Assembly (NCBI GenBank): GCA_964106645.2
Contig: OZ067053.1
Length of the DNA stretch: 64,000 bases
Direction: 5' to 3' (one strand)
Source of the DNA: Podarcis pityusensis
Taxonomy: Eukaryota
A model generated the notes under the pieces. The model searched no databases and was not told the origin of the DNA. It saw only the letters and a list, made by a program, of their open reading frames with translations. Below, in pieces: positions 40,799 to 53,797 of this stretch; the stretch's first letter is position 1; every line of letters begins with the position of its first letter. The position numbers and the translations under genes are program-made.

Positions 40799-42419
40799 AG
40801 TCAGCTAAATGTTAGTCAGGCTTACAGAACATTTTTCTTTGGGATGTGGATGATGAAAGAGAAGGAACAGCTGCTTTTTACTAGGTTGGGAAGGCATGCC
40901 ATTTGGGTCTAGAGGCCACATTGCCACTATTTAATTGTAGCTAGTGGACCAGGCAGAAAACAAAAATTGAAAAGAAACACAACCATATCTACTGCACACT
41001 TGTATTAGCTATTTGTATCTTGCCCCTTTTCAACCAAGGATGGTTTGTTACGTTAGAAAGCAGTTTTTGTTTACTAAGCAGCAAGCGCAATAAAAGCAAA
41101 ATACATAATGATGTGACACAAATGTAATACAGATAAGTTGATTATTATTATTTAATTAAACAACAGTAAACTAAAAAAACAAACACCTAGCAGAAAGATA
41201 AAACTTGATCAGGAAAGTTGATTCCTACAAACTAATAAAGTCCCAAATGTCTTGTGGAATAGGATAGCGAAAAATGAATCTGAAAGGGAGTGGCATTTCT
41301 AAACCACCCATGCCACTCTTTAGAAGGTCCTTGGTAACCCCTACCATGAACACCCCGCCAAATTTCAATATAGCAGAACAGGAGCTCCCAATGGAGAGGT
41401 TAAAACACATGCAAGTTACTATGGAGGAAGTCTGGACCTGCACCAGCAGAAGTACAGTTACAGCTACTTGTTTAGCTGGCAGAGTTCCTTTCTGTTGGAG
41501 ACAGGAAAATGAGGCTTGATACTCAAAAGTAGATTAGGGCAGGTTTGGGTTGTTGTTGTTTTTGCCTTGCACCTGGTCACAGTAGAAAGCAGCAATAGCC
41601 AAAGCAACTTTCTCATGGGTTGTCTGGTGAAAATGATCTCACAGCTGAAAAGGATTCAGTTTCTCCCTAGTAACAAGACAGCTTCTGTCCTTTTCCTGAA
41701 GCCATGATCCCTCCCATCTCCAAGTTTTTTCCTTAGGAAACCCCCTCCTGTTCTTCAGAAGTCTTAGTTCCTGGTAGATGAGTCTTCCTGAGTTGGATTA
41801 TAACAAACAAACAGCCCAACAGGGAAGGATCAAGGTGAAAGTTGTCATGCACAGTGTGGACCTGATTTACCTGAAGGTTCCTTTGCCTGTGTTAAGGCAT
41901 CAGAGCTGTAGCTTGTCCCAAATAGCTTATTTTCTCTGCCTTGGCTCCCCATTTTATGTTTATTTGCCACCCTGAGAGAATCGGAACTCTGAAACAAGAG
42001 TTTGGAGTTGTCATCAGCTATAAAGAAATGAAACAATAGGGTGATGAGTTGAAATTTGGCAGAGGCTTCCTGCAGTAGTATTTCCCCTGCAGTAGTCAAA
42101 TTTCAGCCCTTCGGAGGGAGTAAACAATATTGTAGAACAGGAGTGAGAACCTCAAGCCTGAGGGTTGAATGCAACCCTCCAGGCCTCTCTGTCACTTGGG
42201 GCTCTCTCTGTGCCACATCTATCACTGTCCCTGCTCCACAGCCTCTTCAAACATGTTTGCCTGGTTGGAATTTGCTCTTGAACTATGATAATGCTTCTTC
42301 CTTTCATGAATGGAGACCAGAGAGAGGTGTGTATAAAAAGGGTTTCCCATCCCTGTTGTAGATCATCTATAAAAGAAAGCCATGGTTTGTTCCGCCATTA
42401 ATGCAGGTGGAAGTTCTAA

Positions 42420-42716
<297 letters not shown>

Positions 42717-43590
42717 TAATTAATTTAGAAGGAAACCAATCTCAGACTTTTACAAGAAGTATTACCATATTCTACTGGTTGTGTCCATGTGGAAACAATG
42801 TTTTTCAGAACCACTGTTGTGAACTGATTGCTGTGTCCTGTCTCAAATGAATGAGATTGGTCTGTCTTCTGTCTACATGCTGCTTGCAAAGCTAAGATGA
42901 ACCCCAATCTGCCTCTAGCTGTGTGTGCATTTGCATGCACACACCTGTATTCCAATGAAGGGTGGAGTGTGTAGAAGGGATCAAATTGGCCAGGTGTCAC
43001 AGTTCCTGTGATTTATATTCATATTTATTATTTTTAATATTTAAAAGGGGATGGGACAGCAGGGGAATTTGGAAGCAGTTCTTTTAAACTCTTCTCCCCT
43101 TCCTTTAGGTGCTGTTAATCCTGCAATTAAAGCTTAGTAACAAAGAAAATGGGAAAACTTGCCCCAGCACTGAAGGCTCTTCTCATAGAAAACTCCCCTC
43201 TAGAGCAGGGCTTGTGATCAGTGGTGATGGGTGTTGTAGTTCAACAACTACTGCAGGGCCACATGACACCTCAAAACTCTTTGCCTTTCCTCTCCTTCTG
43301 ACTCCAACACAAGTTCCCTTCCTGAAGAACTAGAAACTTGTGTTTGGAAACTGGGTTTCTCAGGGATTTGAAGGGTGATTTACCTTTGATGCTAAAGATC
43401 AATTGTTGTTGTCATTTCCAATGAAGTAAAAAGGAAGTAAAATGAAGTAAAACTAGGAAGTAAAAAGGTCCTATTTTTATAATCTGCATAAACAACGAAT
43501 CACCTAGTGATTCTAAATATGATCCTTCTGAATCACAGCTTGCTTTTTTCATTTTTTCCCTATTTCTCTCCAATGCTGTTCTTTATCCAG

Positions 43591-43671
43591 ATGGAAGCAT
43601 CCATGGGGGACAAACTGAAACCTACCCGGAATAAAAATGCAGATGACAGTATCAACGAAGGAGACACACTG
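43591..43671 (+). CDS. PACS1: PACS1 exon 11 (81 nt), MEASMGDKLKPTRNKNADDSINEGDTL
   Basis: tatccag|ATG GAA ... ACA CTG|gtaggt; divergent but same length and phase as the mammalian exon as recalled. Confidence 0.92.
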
Positions 43672-43782
43672 GTAGGTACATTTGTCCTTTATGCTATTGG
43701 TGAGGACATTTGCTAACAGCAGTAATCACCTACTTTTATGACTAATATTAATTCTGAATGCTTTTCCTCTTCCCTTCTCTAG

Positions 43783-43898
43783 GAAGGAAACGGTCAGGAT
43801 ACATTTGGAGACTCAACCACCACCTTGGTCATCCCAGAAAAAGTCAAGACACCTATGAAGACCAGCAAGGGAGATCTTCAGAGCATGGCATCACCTAG
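43783..43898 (+). CDS. PACS1: PACS1 exon 12 (116 nt), [38 protein letters not shown](S)
   Basis: ctctag|GAA GGA ... CCT AG|gtagta; follows a 111-nt intron. Confidence 0.94.
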
Positions 43899-46370
43899 GT
43901 AGTATGCATTTTGCTTTCTTACATATTGCTATTCTGAAAATTGGTCAGAGCACTCTGTCAGCTACAGCAAGGTTGGGGAACTTGTGGCTCTGCAGAAGTT
44001 GCTGGACTCCCATAAACTCCAGTCAGCATGGCCTGTGGTCAGGGATGATGGGAGTTTGTAGTCCAACAACATCTGTAGGGCCACAGATTCCTTCCTTCTT
44101 TTAGCAACAGTATATCTGAAATTCCTGTGGCAGGGCAACTAGTAGCTTGTATTTTTGCCAAAGGGTTAAAGATGAGGGTAAAAAAGGCCATTTCCTCCTC
44201 CCTACAATTGAAGAGCATCTGTCATCTTTTCTTGGGAGGTTAGCATCAAATTCTTTAGCTATCTTGAAAAGAGGAGATTTTACTAAATTGTTCATGAGTA
44301 ATTTACCTAGATTGCATGCATACATGATTTGAGTAACACAAGGGGGGGGGTGTCCTTACCTCAATGAACTTTTAAGTCACAACAGCCAGGGACAATGGAA
44401 GATGCACTGAAAGAAACTGCAAACACACATATTTAGGCTTCATTTCAATAGGAGCTGAGGACTTGGGGGGGGGGTGTAAACCAAAGGCTGCGCAGAAAAG
44501 GAGGGTTTTGAGGAAGGGTTGGAAAGAGGCATGGCTTACGTAGCCTTGTCAAGGCATAAAAGGAAGAAAGGGGTGAGTTGTATAAATGAGGAAGAAACTC
44601 TCAGCCCAGGGCAGGTCACAGGTGAGGGGAGGTATAACAAGGCATAAGGGCAGAGTTTATTTTCAGAATGCTTTCCATCGACACTGAGTAACCATACCTG
44701 CCTTTCCCAAGATTGATTAATTCTGTGTTCTCCAGTGAATGCTTGCTACCGAGCAGTGGTGGTGGGTGAGCATGGAAAGATTCACTGGGCTGGTGGCTGC
44801 TCAAGAATTTGCCCCTGTTGTGTATTCTGAATGTTCATGGAAATGTATATATTTGGGGGGGGGGTGAGGAGGGTGACTCTAGCTGCCTATATGTCATGCA
44901 TGGAGAATCTTTTCCCTCTCCCAAGAGCTGCTTTCCCTTAGTGGGTAAGGCAAACCCATGCAGCTTTCCACACACTTATACCCATCCCTCCATGCACCCC
45001 ATTCATCAGCCTTCCATTCATTTCACACTGTCCCTTGCACACTGTCCCTATTTCATTCCTCTTCTCCCACCTCCTTCCTCCCAGCATGGCAGTTATGCTT
45101 TAGAAGGAAGGCCTCACTTGTGCTGAGCCTAAATGTTGCACCGTGGGAGTGCGGCCAAGGAATGGAAACCATGGGCTAGTTGCAATAGAACTGGGCCTTC
45201 ACCACCCGTTGCTCCTCATGTCTTTCTCAGTTGTTCAGTTTTCTTGTGGCTAGTAGTGACTCTTCAATCACAAGAGTTCAGCACTCAGCTTCTGATAGCA
45301 AATGCTGTGGCTTCAGCTAAATTCCTGTGACTCAGGCACCTGGGTAAGAATTTGACCCCAAAGTGCTCTGCTCTGTTAGAAGTCTTTGCTGTTTGGTTGT
45401 TACCTGAAATGTACCACATTTGCCTTTCTGTGTGGTGCTTGGGGAGGCAGCAGATGACTACTGCTTAAATGCAAAAGTGATACATTCCCAGGGCCCCTCC
45501 TGCTTCTCCCTTTGCAAAGCAGACGCTTAGCAGCAGACATGCTTGGCAGCACGATATGTTTGTTTGCTCAGCTCCTCCTCTCTTTGTTTCCTTTTTTCCT
45601 TGTTCAGCGGTGGCGACAGCTCTATGATCCACTTATATCCAGAGGGCAGCAAATTCTCAGAATGAAGCACATGGTTTTGTCCTTCAGTTTGCACCTTTTG
45701 CTGAATGCCTCAGATGGCAGCAGAAGGTTGGATGTGCCTTCGGGCTCCCTCAGGCTCATTACCATTCTGGGAAATGTCACTGGATGGAGGGGGGTTTCCT
45801 TGTAGCATCCAATCCAAGACTGAATCTACAGCTGTTTTTCTACCTGCTTGCATTGTGATTCCTCTGAGAGTTGCTCTCTTTCTCCATATCATGAACTTGC
45901 AGTAATTGATACCCAAGGTTGTGTGCATTCTTCTTTCTCCCCCATTGCCACCAGGTTCCTTATGTTTCTTAACATTCACTTTACGTAGCTGATATAGCCT
46001 TAAGGGTGTTCATTTTTCTCTGCAGTAATGAGGGCTAGAAACTTGGCAGTGTGTGTTATTTTTGGGGGTTGTAAGATGTTAGATATTAGATGTCACACTA
46101 TGGTAGTAAGCCTGCAGGCACAAACACAACCTTGCAAATAATTTATTGTCTCAACTTAGTGGAGCTAGAAAAAAAAAATCCAAGGCTCTGTTGGCTGACT
46201 GGCTTGCTTCCTCACAAGTATTAAATGTAAGATGGGATCAGTGAGTTCTGAGACTCTGCTAGTTTCTTTGCAATGACCTTGGATCAAAGTTTCTGTGTTC
46301 CCCTGCAGGTATAACATGGTTTGCATTCTTCTTTCCATGTTCAGTAAGTTTGGAGAAGATGAGGCATTAA

Positions 46371-46667
<297 letters not shown>

Positions 46668-46747
46668 TAAGCTTATTTGAAGTACTGCAGTATCTTTCCA
46701 GTTGTATGTAGTCAGCCCTAAAGAGACCCTGAATCAAGTAGGCAAAG

Positions 46748-46981
46748 TTGTTTGTTTGTTTGTTTGTTTGCTGCATTTACATCCCGTTTTTCCTCCAAGG
46801 AGCTCCAAGGTGGCATACATGGTTCTCACCCATGCATGTGATCCTCACAAAAACCCTATGAGGTAGGTTAAGTTGAGAGACAGTGACTAGTCCTAGGTCA
46901 CGTTAGGGTGCTTCATGACTGATTTATGATTTGAATCCTGGTCTCCCACCTCCTAGTCTAGCATTCTAATTACCACACTGG
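46748..46981 (-). mobile_element. MIR/CORE-like SINE with (TTTG)n tail on the + strand; related fragment ~33975-34125
   Basis: cctcacaaaaaccctatgaggtagg core and gatttgaatcc B-box remnant. Confidence 0.6.
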
Positions 46982-47511
46982 AATTTTTGCTTCTAAACTT
47001 AAATCCAAGAAGGGAAGGAGATTGGAGCTATATGGTTACTAAAGGGTAAGGAGCATTTGCTACGAGATACACAAAACCTTTCCCCCCACTATCCCTCAGA
47101 CTTGGAAGCTTGTCCAAAGTCCTCTTTTTATTTTTTCAGTTTTCTCCATATACCAACCACTTATGTTGAACTTTTTTTTTTTTTTTTTACAGCCACAAGG
47201 GCTACAAGTATTTTCCCCTTCACCTGCCCAATAAATATAGGCAAGAGGAATGTGCATTTCTCAAATTATAGTGACCTGCTGAGGAGTAAATAAGTTGGGG
47301 AGAATGTAATTTCCCATAGTATTAAAAGGTGATCTTAGAAGTATTGTCATACAGCAAGAATAAGAGGAATGCTGCTTTTTCTCTCCCTATCCCCTCTCAT
47401 GACATATGCCTTCCTGCTCCATGTTGGAGATAAGATTATTTCGCTTTATATTTGAGTTAGGAGTTATGTCAATGAACTATGCTTAAAAAACCATGCAACT
47501 TCCCCCAGCAG

Positions 47512-47616
47512 ATTCCTCGCAAGATTGTTTATGATCAGCTGAATCAAATCTTGGTGTCAGACTCAGCCCTGCCAGAAAACATCATCCTAGTGAATACTAT
47601 TGACTGGCAAGGCCAG
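47512..47616 (+). CDS. PACS1: PACS1 exon 14 (105 nt; 108 nt from 47509), [35 protein letters not shown]
   Basis: cccccagcag|ATT CCT (NAGNAG) ... GGC CAG|gtaagg. Confidence 0.95.
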
Positions 47617-48884
47617 GTAAGGAGGTTGTTGCTGTCCGTGTGTCTGTCCGTGTGTCTGTCCTGTTCTTTGCACCATCTCAATCTCTGGCCAACAGAATTA
47701 AGTAAATTGGAAAAAAGAATGTGTGCTGTTGTCCCTAACTGGTTCCATTTTCTGAGTGCAGAATGTAGCTTTGCCTGTAGAAACCTAGACTTGCTCCCCA
47801 AATATTAAGGAATGCAAAGTATTGTCATTATTATAATTTAATAATAATAAAACAATAGTAAGACTCTTATGCACCATTGGTAAATGTAACAATTTACATA
47901 ATAACATAAAAAATAGGTAGGTCCCTACCCCATGAAGCTTCCAATACAAATGTTTAACAGTACTAAGATAATGGGTGGGGATGTCCTATTATTACTAGTT
48001 AATAAAGGTAATTTCCCCAACCATCAGAACCAGATCCTGCAATTCAGTCCCAGCAGAATAAATTATTCACTTTAAGCACGTTTTTTCATTGTTGTTTGAT
48101 TTATTAGGTAAACTCAATTTAGCATTATTGGCAATCAGAAGTGGTTGTGCTTAATCTGTATCACTGAAGCTAAGCTACTTGGAAAATTAAGCACCAAGGG
48201 GACTGTGCAATATTGGCAAGAAGATAAGCAGTAGGAATGAAGAGCCATGAAGAAATTTTGCCCCTTCAACTGGCCATTAAAATTCATCCCAAGCCCTGTC
48301 TCATGTCAATATGTAGAGAAAATCTATTTATCTTAACTATATCATTGAGGCCGTTTGGTTAGAAGCCAGGTGTCTTATTTAGAATGAAAGTTAGCATATT
48401 CAGAATTTGACAGCTAACCCAGATTCTTCACTGAATGCCATGCAGTAACTGAATGTTTCTGCCAATGGTAAAAGGGGAAGGGTTCACTGGTGCTAGTGAG
48501 AGGCCATGTCTGGGTTGATTATCTTGGGATTCTGCTTTGTCCCGTTGAACCCTCCTTTGTATAAGCCAGGACCTTAAGTGACTGGAACAAGATCCTCGAA
48601 AAGGAGGGAATCATCTTAAAACAAATGGGTCTGTCACACAATATTTCATACCCATTGCACCTTGATTGCTTTCCCCCACTCTTACCTACTAGGGCAGCAA
48701 TAAGATGAGTTTCAGATTTCCATCACCTGAGTCGTAACTGTGTCTTGTTAAGCTTGTATCCAGGGTGCTGAATGGTGCTCTGTTACCAAACCTTTTGTCT
48801 GAGGTCATGTGGCCAGTGATTGCTAATCAGGGAAGAAGGGGTGTTGTGTGGCAGTTGTGTAAACAGAGCACCAAATCCTTCCAC

Positions 48885-48913
<29 letters not shown>
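48885..48913 (+). repeat. (TGCT)7 microsatellite in the exon 15 acceptor region
   Basis: Read directly; ends 20 nt before exon 15. Confidence 0.95.
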
Positions 48914-48916
<3 letters not shown>

Positions 48917-48933
48917 ACTTGTTTTACTTCCAG

Positions 48934-49040
48934 TATGTAGCTGATCTCCTTCAGGACCAGAAGAAGCCAGTTGTTTGCACATGCTCCACAATTGAAGTGC
49001 AAGCTGTCCTCTCTGCAATCCTCACGAGGATCCAGCGATA
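48934..49040 (+). CDS. PACS1: PACS1 exon 15 (107 nt), [35 protein letters not shown](Y)
   Basis: cttccag|TAT GTA ... CGA TA|gtgagt. Confidence 0.97.
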
Positions 49041-50064
49041 GTGAGTGCACAAAGCTATATCTGTGGTGTCCCCATTTTTATACTATGGAATTTGCCCTGA
49101 GAAAATGGGAAAGAAAACCAGATTCCAAATTGCTTGAAAAGGATGCCCCAATCCACTTTGATTAGGGCTGTCCATCCTTGTCTGCACTTGAATAACTGAA
49201 ACATCACTTAATCCTTAGAACTAAAGACTCTTCTCTGGCAGGAAGGATGGGGGAAGGATGGTCTTTATATCTGCAAGGTTTCAGTACTCAAATGTGTTTA
49301 CAAAGGTGCCTGCTTCCTTCCTAAGGCAGGCACACAGAGAGAAGATAACGGTTGTGTACAAGGCATGCTTTGACTTCAGCCATAGGAAGGGAGCACAATC
49401 CTATAGTGAAAGCTGCCTGTATGCAGAGTAAGAAAGGGGGAGGGAGGAAGAATTCAATGTAAGCGCGCAAATCTCCCATCTGGGTTTGATGCCTTGTAGT
49501 CAATAACCTATACATAGATGAGCTGCAGATGAGGCGCATCTGTGCCCCTTCTCCACATTTTAAAAGTCTCAAATTCTTCCCAGTGCCTCTTGCAGGACAC
49601 TCAATATTGGGAATATGTGTTCTGAAGTTACGGTTCTTATGACCACAACTCAAAGAGGACACATTGCAGGTCAATCAAAGAAGACACCTTGCCAAACAAC
49701 AGTTCATTGATGACAACCCAGTTCCTACCATACAGGATTGGCATCGTCACAGATCTCTGGTGGCTCCACTGCACATTGCTCTAGTATCATGAAAAGCAAA
49801 GCAGCTTGAGGGCATTGCTGCAGCTGGAGTAGACACATACATCGGCCTCCCCCTAGTGTTCTCCCTCATTCCTAAAAATATTTTATTTGTTTAATCATTA
49901 GTACTTGCACCTTCAGTAAAAGCAGCTTCCAGGACAGCCACTGTGGAACTTATTGGAAAATATTTTAACAAAAAGCAACCATCTATTAAAAACTACAGAA
50001 GCAAATAGCATCATTGGTGGGGCTAACTAGAATAATTAAATTGCTTTTGAAATAAAAAAATTAA

Positions 50065-50150
50065 AAAATTGTCCAGTAGCACCTTAGAGACCAACTGAGT
50101 TTGTTCTGGGTATAAGCTTTTGTGTGCACACACACTTCTTCAGATACACA
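50065..50150 (-). mobile_element. Penelope-like element terminal fragment with a degenerate hammerhead ribozyme motif
   Basis: Reverse strand: gtat-CTGAAGA-a-gtgtg-tgtg-cacac-AAAA-gc-tt-atac ... gttggtctctaaggtgctac. Confidence 0.65.
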
Positions 50151-50264
50151 GTTGCTTTTGAAAGGCTTGGGAAAACAAAAGGCTTTAACCCAGCATGACA
50201 GTGAGGATGAGAGTCAGGTCAGCCTCCAGGGTGGGTTCAACATCCAAAAATACACTCTTCACAG

Positions 50265-50417
50265 CAGTGGCGGAGCTAGGGGCTTTGCCACCCGGAGCGG
50301 GGGGTGGGGTGGCATGCCACCCACGCACAAGCGTCCCAATGGGGGTGCCGCCCGCGGTGGTGTCACCCCTGTCAGGGTGGAACCTGGGCGGCCCACCGCC
50401 CCCTTCCTACACCACAG
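50265..50417. mobile_element. GC-rich hAT-type MITE (CAGTGGCGG termini)
   Basis: Perfect 8-bp TSD cttcacag (50257-50264, 50418-50425). Confidence 0.85.
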
Positions 50418-51315
50418 CTTCACAGTTGCCATCTGCCTGACTTTATAAGATGAGAGTGCTCAGGAAAGGGCCTTGGAGTTCTTAAGCTTAAATGCAGATG
50501 TAACCTTTCTCTAGCACATTCTATTGTTACGTGGGCTTGAGTCACCAGAGGAACAGCAACTACGTTGTTTCAGTAACATAAGGACAAGCTGTCAATTTTT
50601 CTTTCCATCCAGCACCATAATCCAAGAAATAAGATTTAGTTGTGTGCTCCTGGCTCCCCTGGGCTTCTTTGCTATTTTCATGCCAGAGTCATCCTGGAAG
50701 CTGCTGAAATGCAGGTCTGCTTTACCAGCATGATTGGCTGCCTACAAAAGAGGCTCGGCACTCAAATTCCAGCATCTTCCTCTCTCACATCCATGATGGG
50801 AAGTCAATGCCCATATAATTAGAAGGACCTTTCTTCACTGTATTCTTTGTCACTGCAATATGACAGTGGTTGGAGAGGGCAAAGTGCAAGTCTCCCAGGA
50901 CATGATTCACACTATACTGTTTTGTCAGGTTAAGTGGAGTCATCACTTAGCTCTGGAGACTGTCTGATGCCAGGGCACAGGCCTCAATACGTACAAAATA
51001 GTAATGAGTGCCTTCTGAGCTTGAGTACCCACTGTCAGCTACCAAACATGAAACGGATCTTTAAAAGCAGATGCCATGCAGGATTGAGCCCCCAAGCACC
51101 TCTTAGAAATTAAGCTGTTGTTAATTTCAAATTCTGCATTATGAAGTAAAGATGCCTATGTATTTGTCCTCTGCTTGAGACTACACCTTACTGAAATTCA
51201 AGGTAGGAGAGATTTCTGTGCTTGTGGGATTGGAGGTCAAGGTTTAGGTTTGGCTCTTGCCTCATATCTCCCTGAAGTTCCTGCTCCTCATAGACTCCAC
51301 ACTGAGGGTAAAAGT

Positions 51316-51570
51316 CATGGGTAGGCAAACTAAGACTCGGGAGCAGGATCCGGCCCAGTCGCCTTCTAAATCTGGCCCACGGACAAGTCCTGGAATCAGC
51401 GTGTTTTTACATGAGTAGAATGTGTCCTTTTATTTAAAATGCATCTCTGGGTATTTGTGGGGCATAAGAATTCGTTCATTTTATTTATTTTTTCAAAATA
51501 TAGTCCGGCCCCCCACAAGGTCTGAGGAACAGTGAACCGGCCCCCTGCTGAAAAAGTTTGCTGACCCCTG
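51316..51570. mobile_element. hAT MITE, copy 2
   Basis: catgggtaggcaaact / agtttgctgacccctg termini; perfect 8-bp TSD gtaaaagt. Confidence 0.92.
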
Positions 51571-51725
51571 GTAAAAGTAAATGTTCAGGTTCTTAAAGAG
51601 TTTGCAAGCTTTCCTGGTCCTGCTTAAAACAAAAATACTGTGTTACGTGTTCTCAGTGTTGTGTCTAGAAGCAGTAAAGCTGTAGGCATCATTGAGGTGT
51701 TTAAATGCATTTTTCTCCAGCTCTT

Positions 51726-51744
51726 CAGTGCCCTCTAGTGGCCT
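51726..51744 (-). promoter_or_regulatory. Candidate CTCF-binding site
   Basis: Reverse strand AGGCCACTAGAGGGCACTG matches the CTCF core CCASYAGRKGGCRS at every position. Confidence 0.6.
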
Positions 51745-52675
51745 TTGGTCATGCTGCTAATTTACATGTTAAGACGGATGCTTGAAGCTTTGAAGAAGTG
51801 CTCACTTGTTCAGTGTGAAGGAGCTTAGAGTTCACAAAAAGTGAATCCACCCCACCCTCATAAAATACATTTAAATTGCTCCTTCAGATGTATGGAGCAT
51901 GCAAGGTTGCTAAGAGCTGGGATATGGTCTGCAGAAGGTTGTCGGCACATTGTAAAAAGAAAGGTGCAGCTTCCATTTCACCACTGTGTGGCTTGTAATG
52001 TGTGACAGGGAGATATTTATATCTCCTAACATGTGCTTGGCAGTGCAGATCATAGCTTCTGAGTGCATGTTTACCATATGTGATATCACACATACCTGGC
52101 CTATGCACATTAGTGGACACCATGGGAACCTGTGGTGGCTAAATGAGAGCTCATATTTTCCCGTAAAGTATGAAGCAGCCTTCTAACTGAGTGTGAGTGT
52201 TGACAAGCTAGTAAATTACAGTGCATTTAAATTAATGGCCTAGGAGCCATAGGATTGTTGGGAAGTAAGTGACTGTGGTCCTGAGCAGTGCCTGAATGAG
52301 AACCTTGCAAGTCCTTTAGGGCTATCTACAAGGAAAAGTTGGAGATCAATGAAATAAAGGTCCCTTTGAGAGATCTGACTGTGCTTTCATTAAGCCTTGG
52401 CATGTATTAAGGTCTGTGGTTATATAGTCCTTAGTCTGAAGAAGCCAGAGTTGTATTGCTGTGGCACCTCCTATTTTAAGGAAACAGTTCCTTGCAACTC
52501 CCTACTTAGGTGGGGTGTAGGGTAGATCATATGCATGGTTTTCTTTTCAACACTAAGATAGAATTCCCAGTTCCACCATTTCTGTTTTTTGCCTTCTACA
52601 AGTAGATAGTACTATAAATGCAGAGCCTGACGTACAACTATCTTAACTGCCCTCTTCTTTCTTTCCACCCATCAG

Positions 52676-52830
52676 CTGCAACTGTAATTCCTCCATGCCA
52701 CGTCCTGTGAAGGTGGTGTCTATCGGGGGGCAGAGTTATCTCAGCTCTATTTTGAGGTTTTTTGTGAAGCAATTGGCAAACAAGACATCAGACTGGCTGA
52801 GCTATATGAAGTTTCTCATCATCCCACTAG
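52676..52830 (+). CDS. PACS1: PACS1 exon 16 (155 nt), [51 protein letters not shown](G)
   Basis: ccatcag|C TGC AAC ... CTA G|gtaata. Confidence 0.97.
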
Positions 52831-53679
52831 GTAATACTGCCTGTGCATGTGGCTCGCTCGCTTGGTAGGTGGCTATTGAGTTACACATCTGAAACCCAAT
52901 AGTTCTACATTTCAGTGACCCAAAAGCCACCAGGTTTAGTAGCTCTCTTCTTACAAACAGAATGAATGAGCTGAACTGACCTACCTTCCTCCACTCAGTT
53001 CAAAAAACGAAGCCACCAATACTTGCCAAAAGCTCACTCAACGCAACATTCTTTGTCTGGTTTTTTTTTACAGCCCATGATACCCTTCCTCAGAACCAGT
53101 GGACTCAGTTTCAGTTTTTGAGGGCAAAATTTAATTGGTGGGTCTGAGCTTTTAAAAACATGCTTCCTCAGTTTTTGAGGCTGTGTTTTTATTATGAAGT
53201 AGGGAATGAAAGGCAAAATGTTGAGGAGGATGTTTCCTTTTAATAATGAGTGACATCTTTTGTTATCTCATACCTAAGTATTTTTTAAAGTCAGTTTTGT
53301 TGAATATTTGGGAATAAGAAAATGCTTAGGTTTAAGCTAAAGCTGGTAATCAATTACAAAAATAATAATTGCTGAACAGCCTCAATTTTTTTGTAGTGAA
53401 ATATGTGATGGTTTACTTAAAGGAGAGTGAGTTTCCCAATCATTGGGGGTAGTTTTCTTTCGGTAGAAAGAGAGAGATTACCCATTTTTGTCTCTGAATA
53501 ATAAGAATCACTCTACAAAAGGAGTGTTGTGGTAAAGACAGTTGCAGTTTCTATTTTTTGGAGAGTCAATGGCTTTCTGATGCCAAAGGGTCTGTTGCCT
53601 CAGCAGCCATCTGTCGGTGCTAGATATGTGTAGCTTGCCAAGGAAAATCATAGCAACACAAAGGGAGAGGCGGGATTAT

Positions 53680-53797
53680 TGGGTTGTTTTTGTTTTTATT
53701 ATGTCTTTTGTGTTATTATATTGTGATTTTATGTTATGAACTGCCCTGAGACCTCCGGGTGTAGGGCAGTATATAAATTTAAATAATAATAATAAAT
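53680..53797 (+). mobile_element. L2 3' tail fragment next to the exon 17 acceptor
   Basis: T-rich UTR, hairpin actgccct...agggcagt (53740-53770), (AAT)n tail. Confidence 0.75.

Noticed and set aside
49844-49862. Second CTCF-like motif (reverse ACACTAGGGGGAGG)
   Set aside because: Mismatches at high-information core positions; too weak without data.
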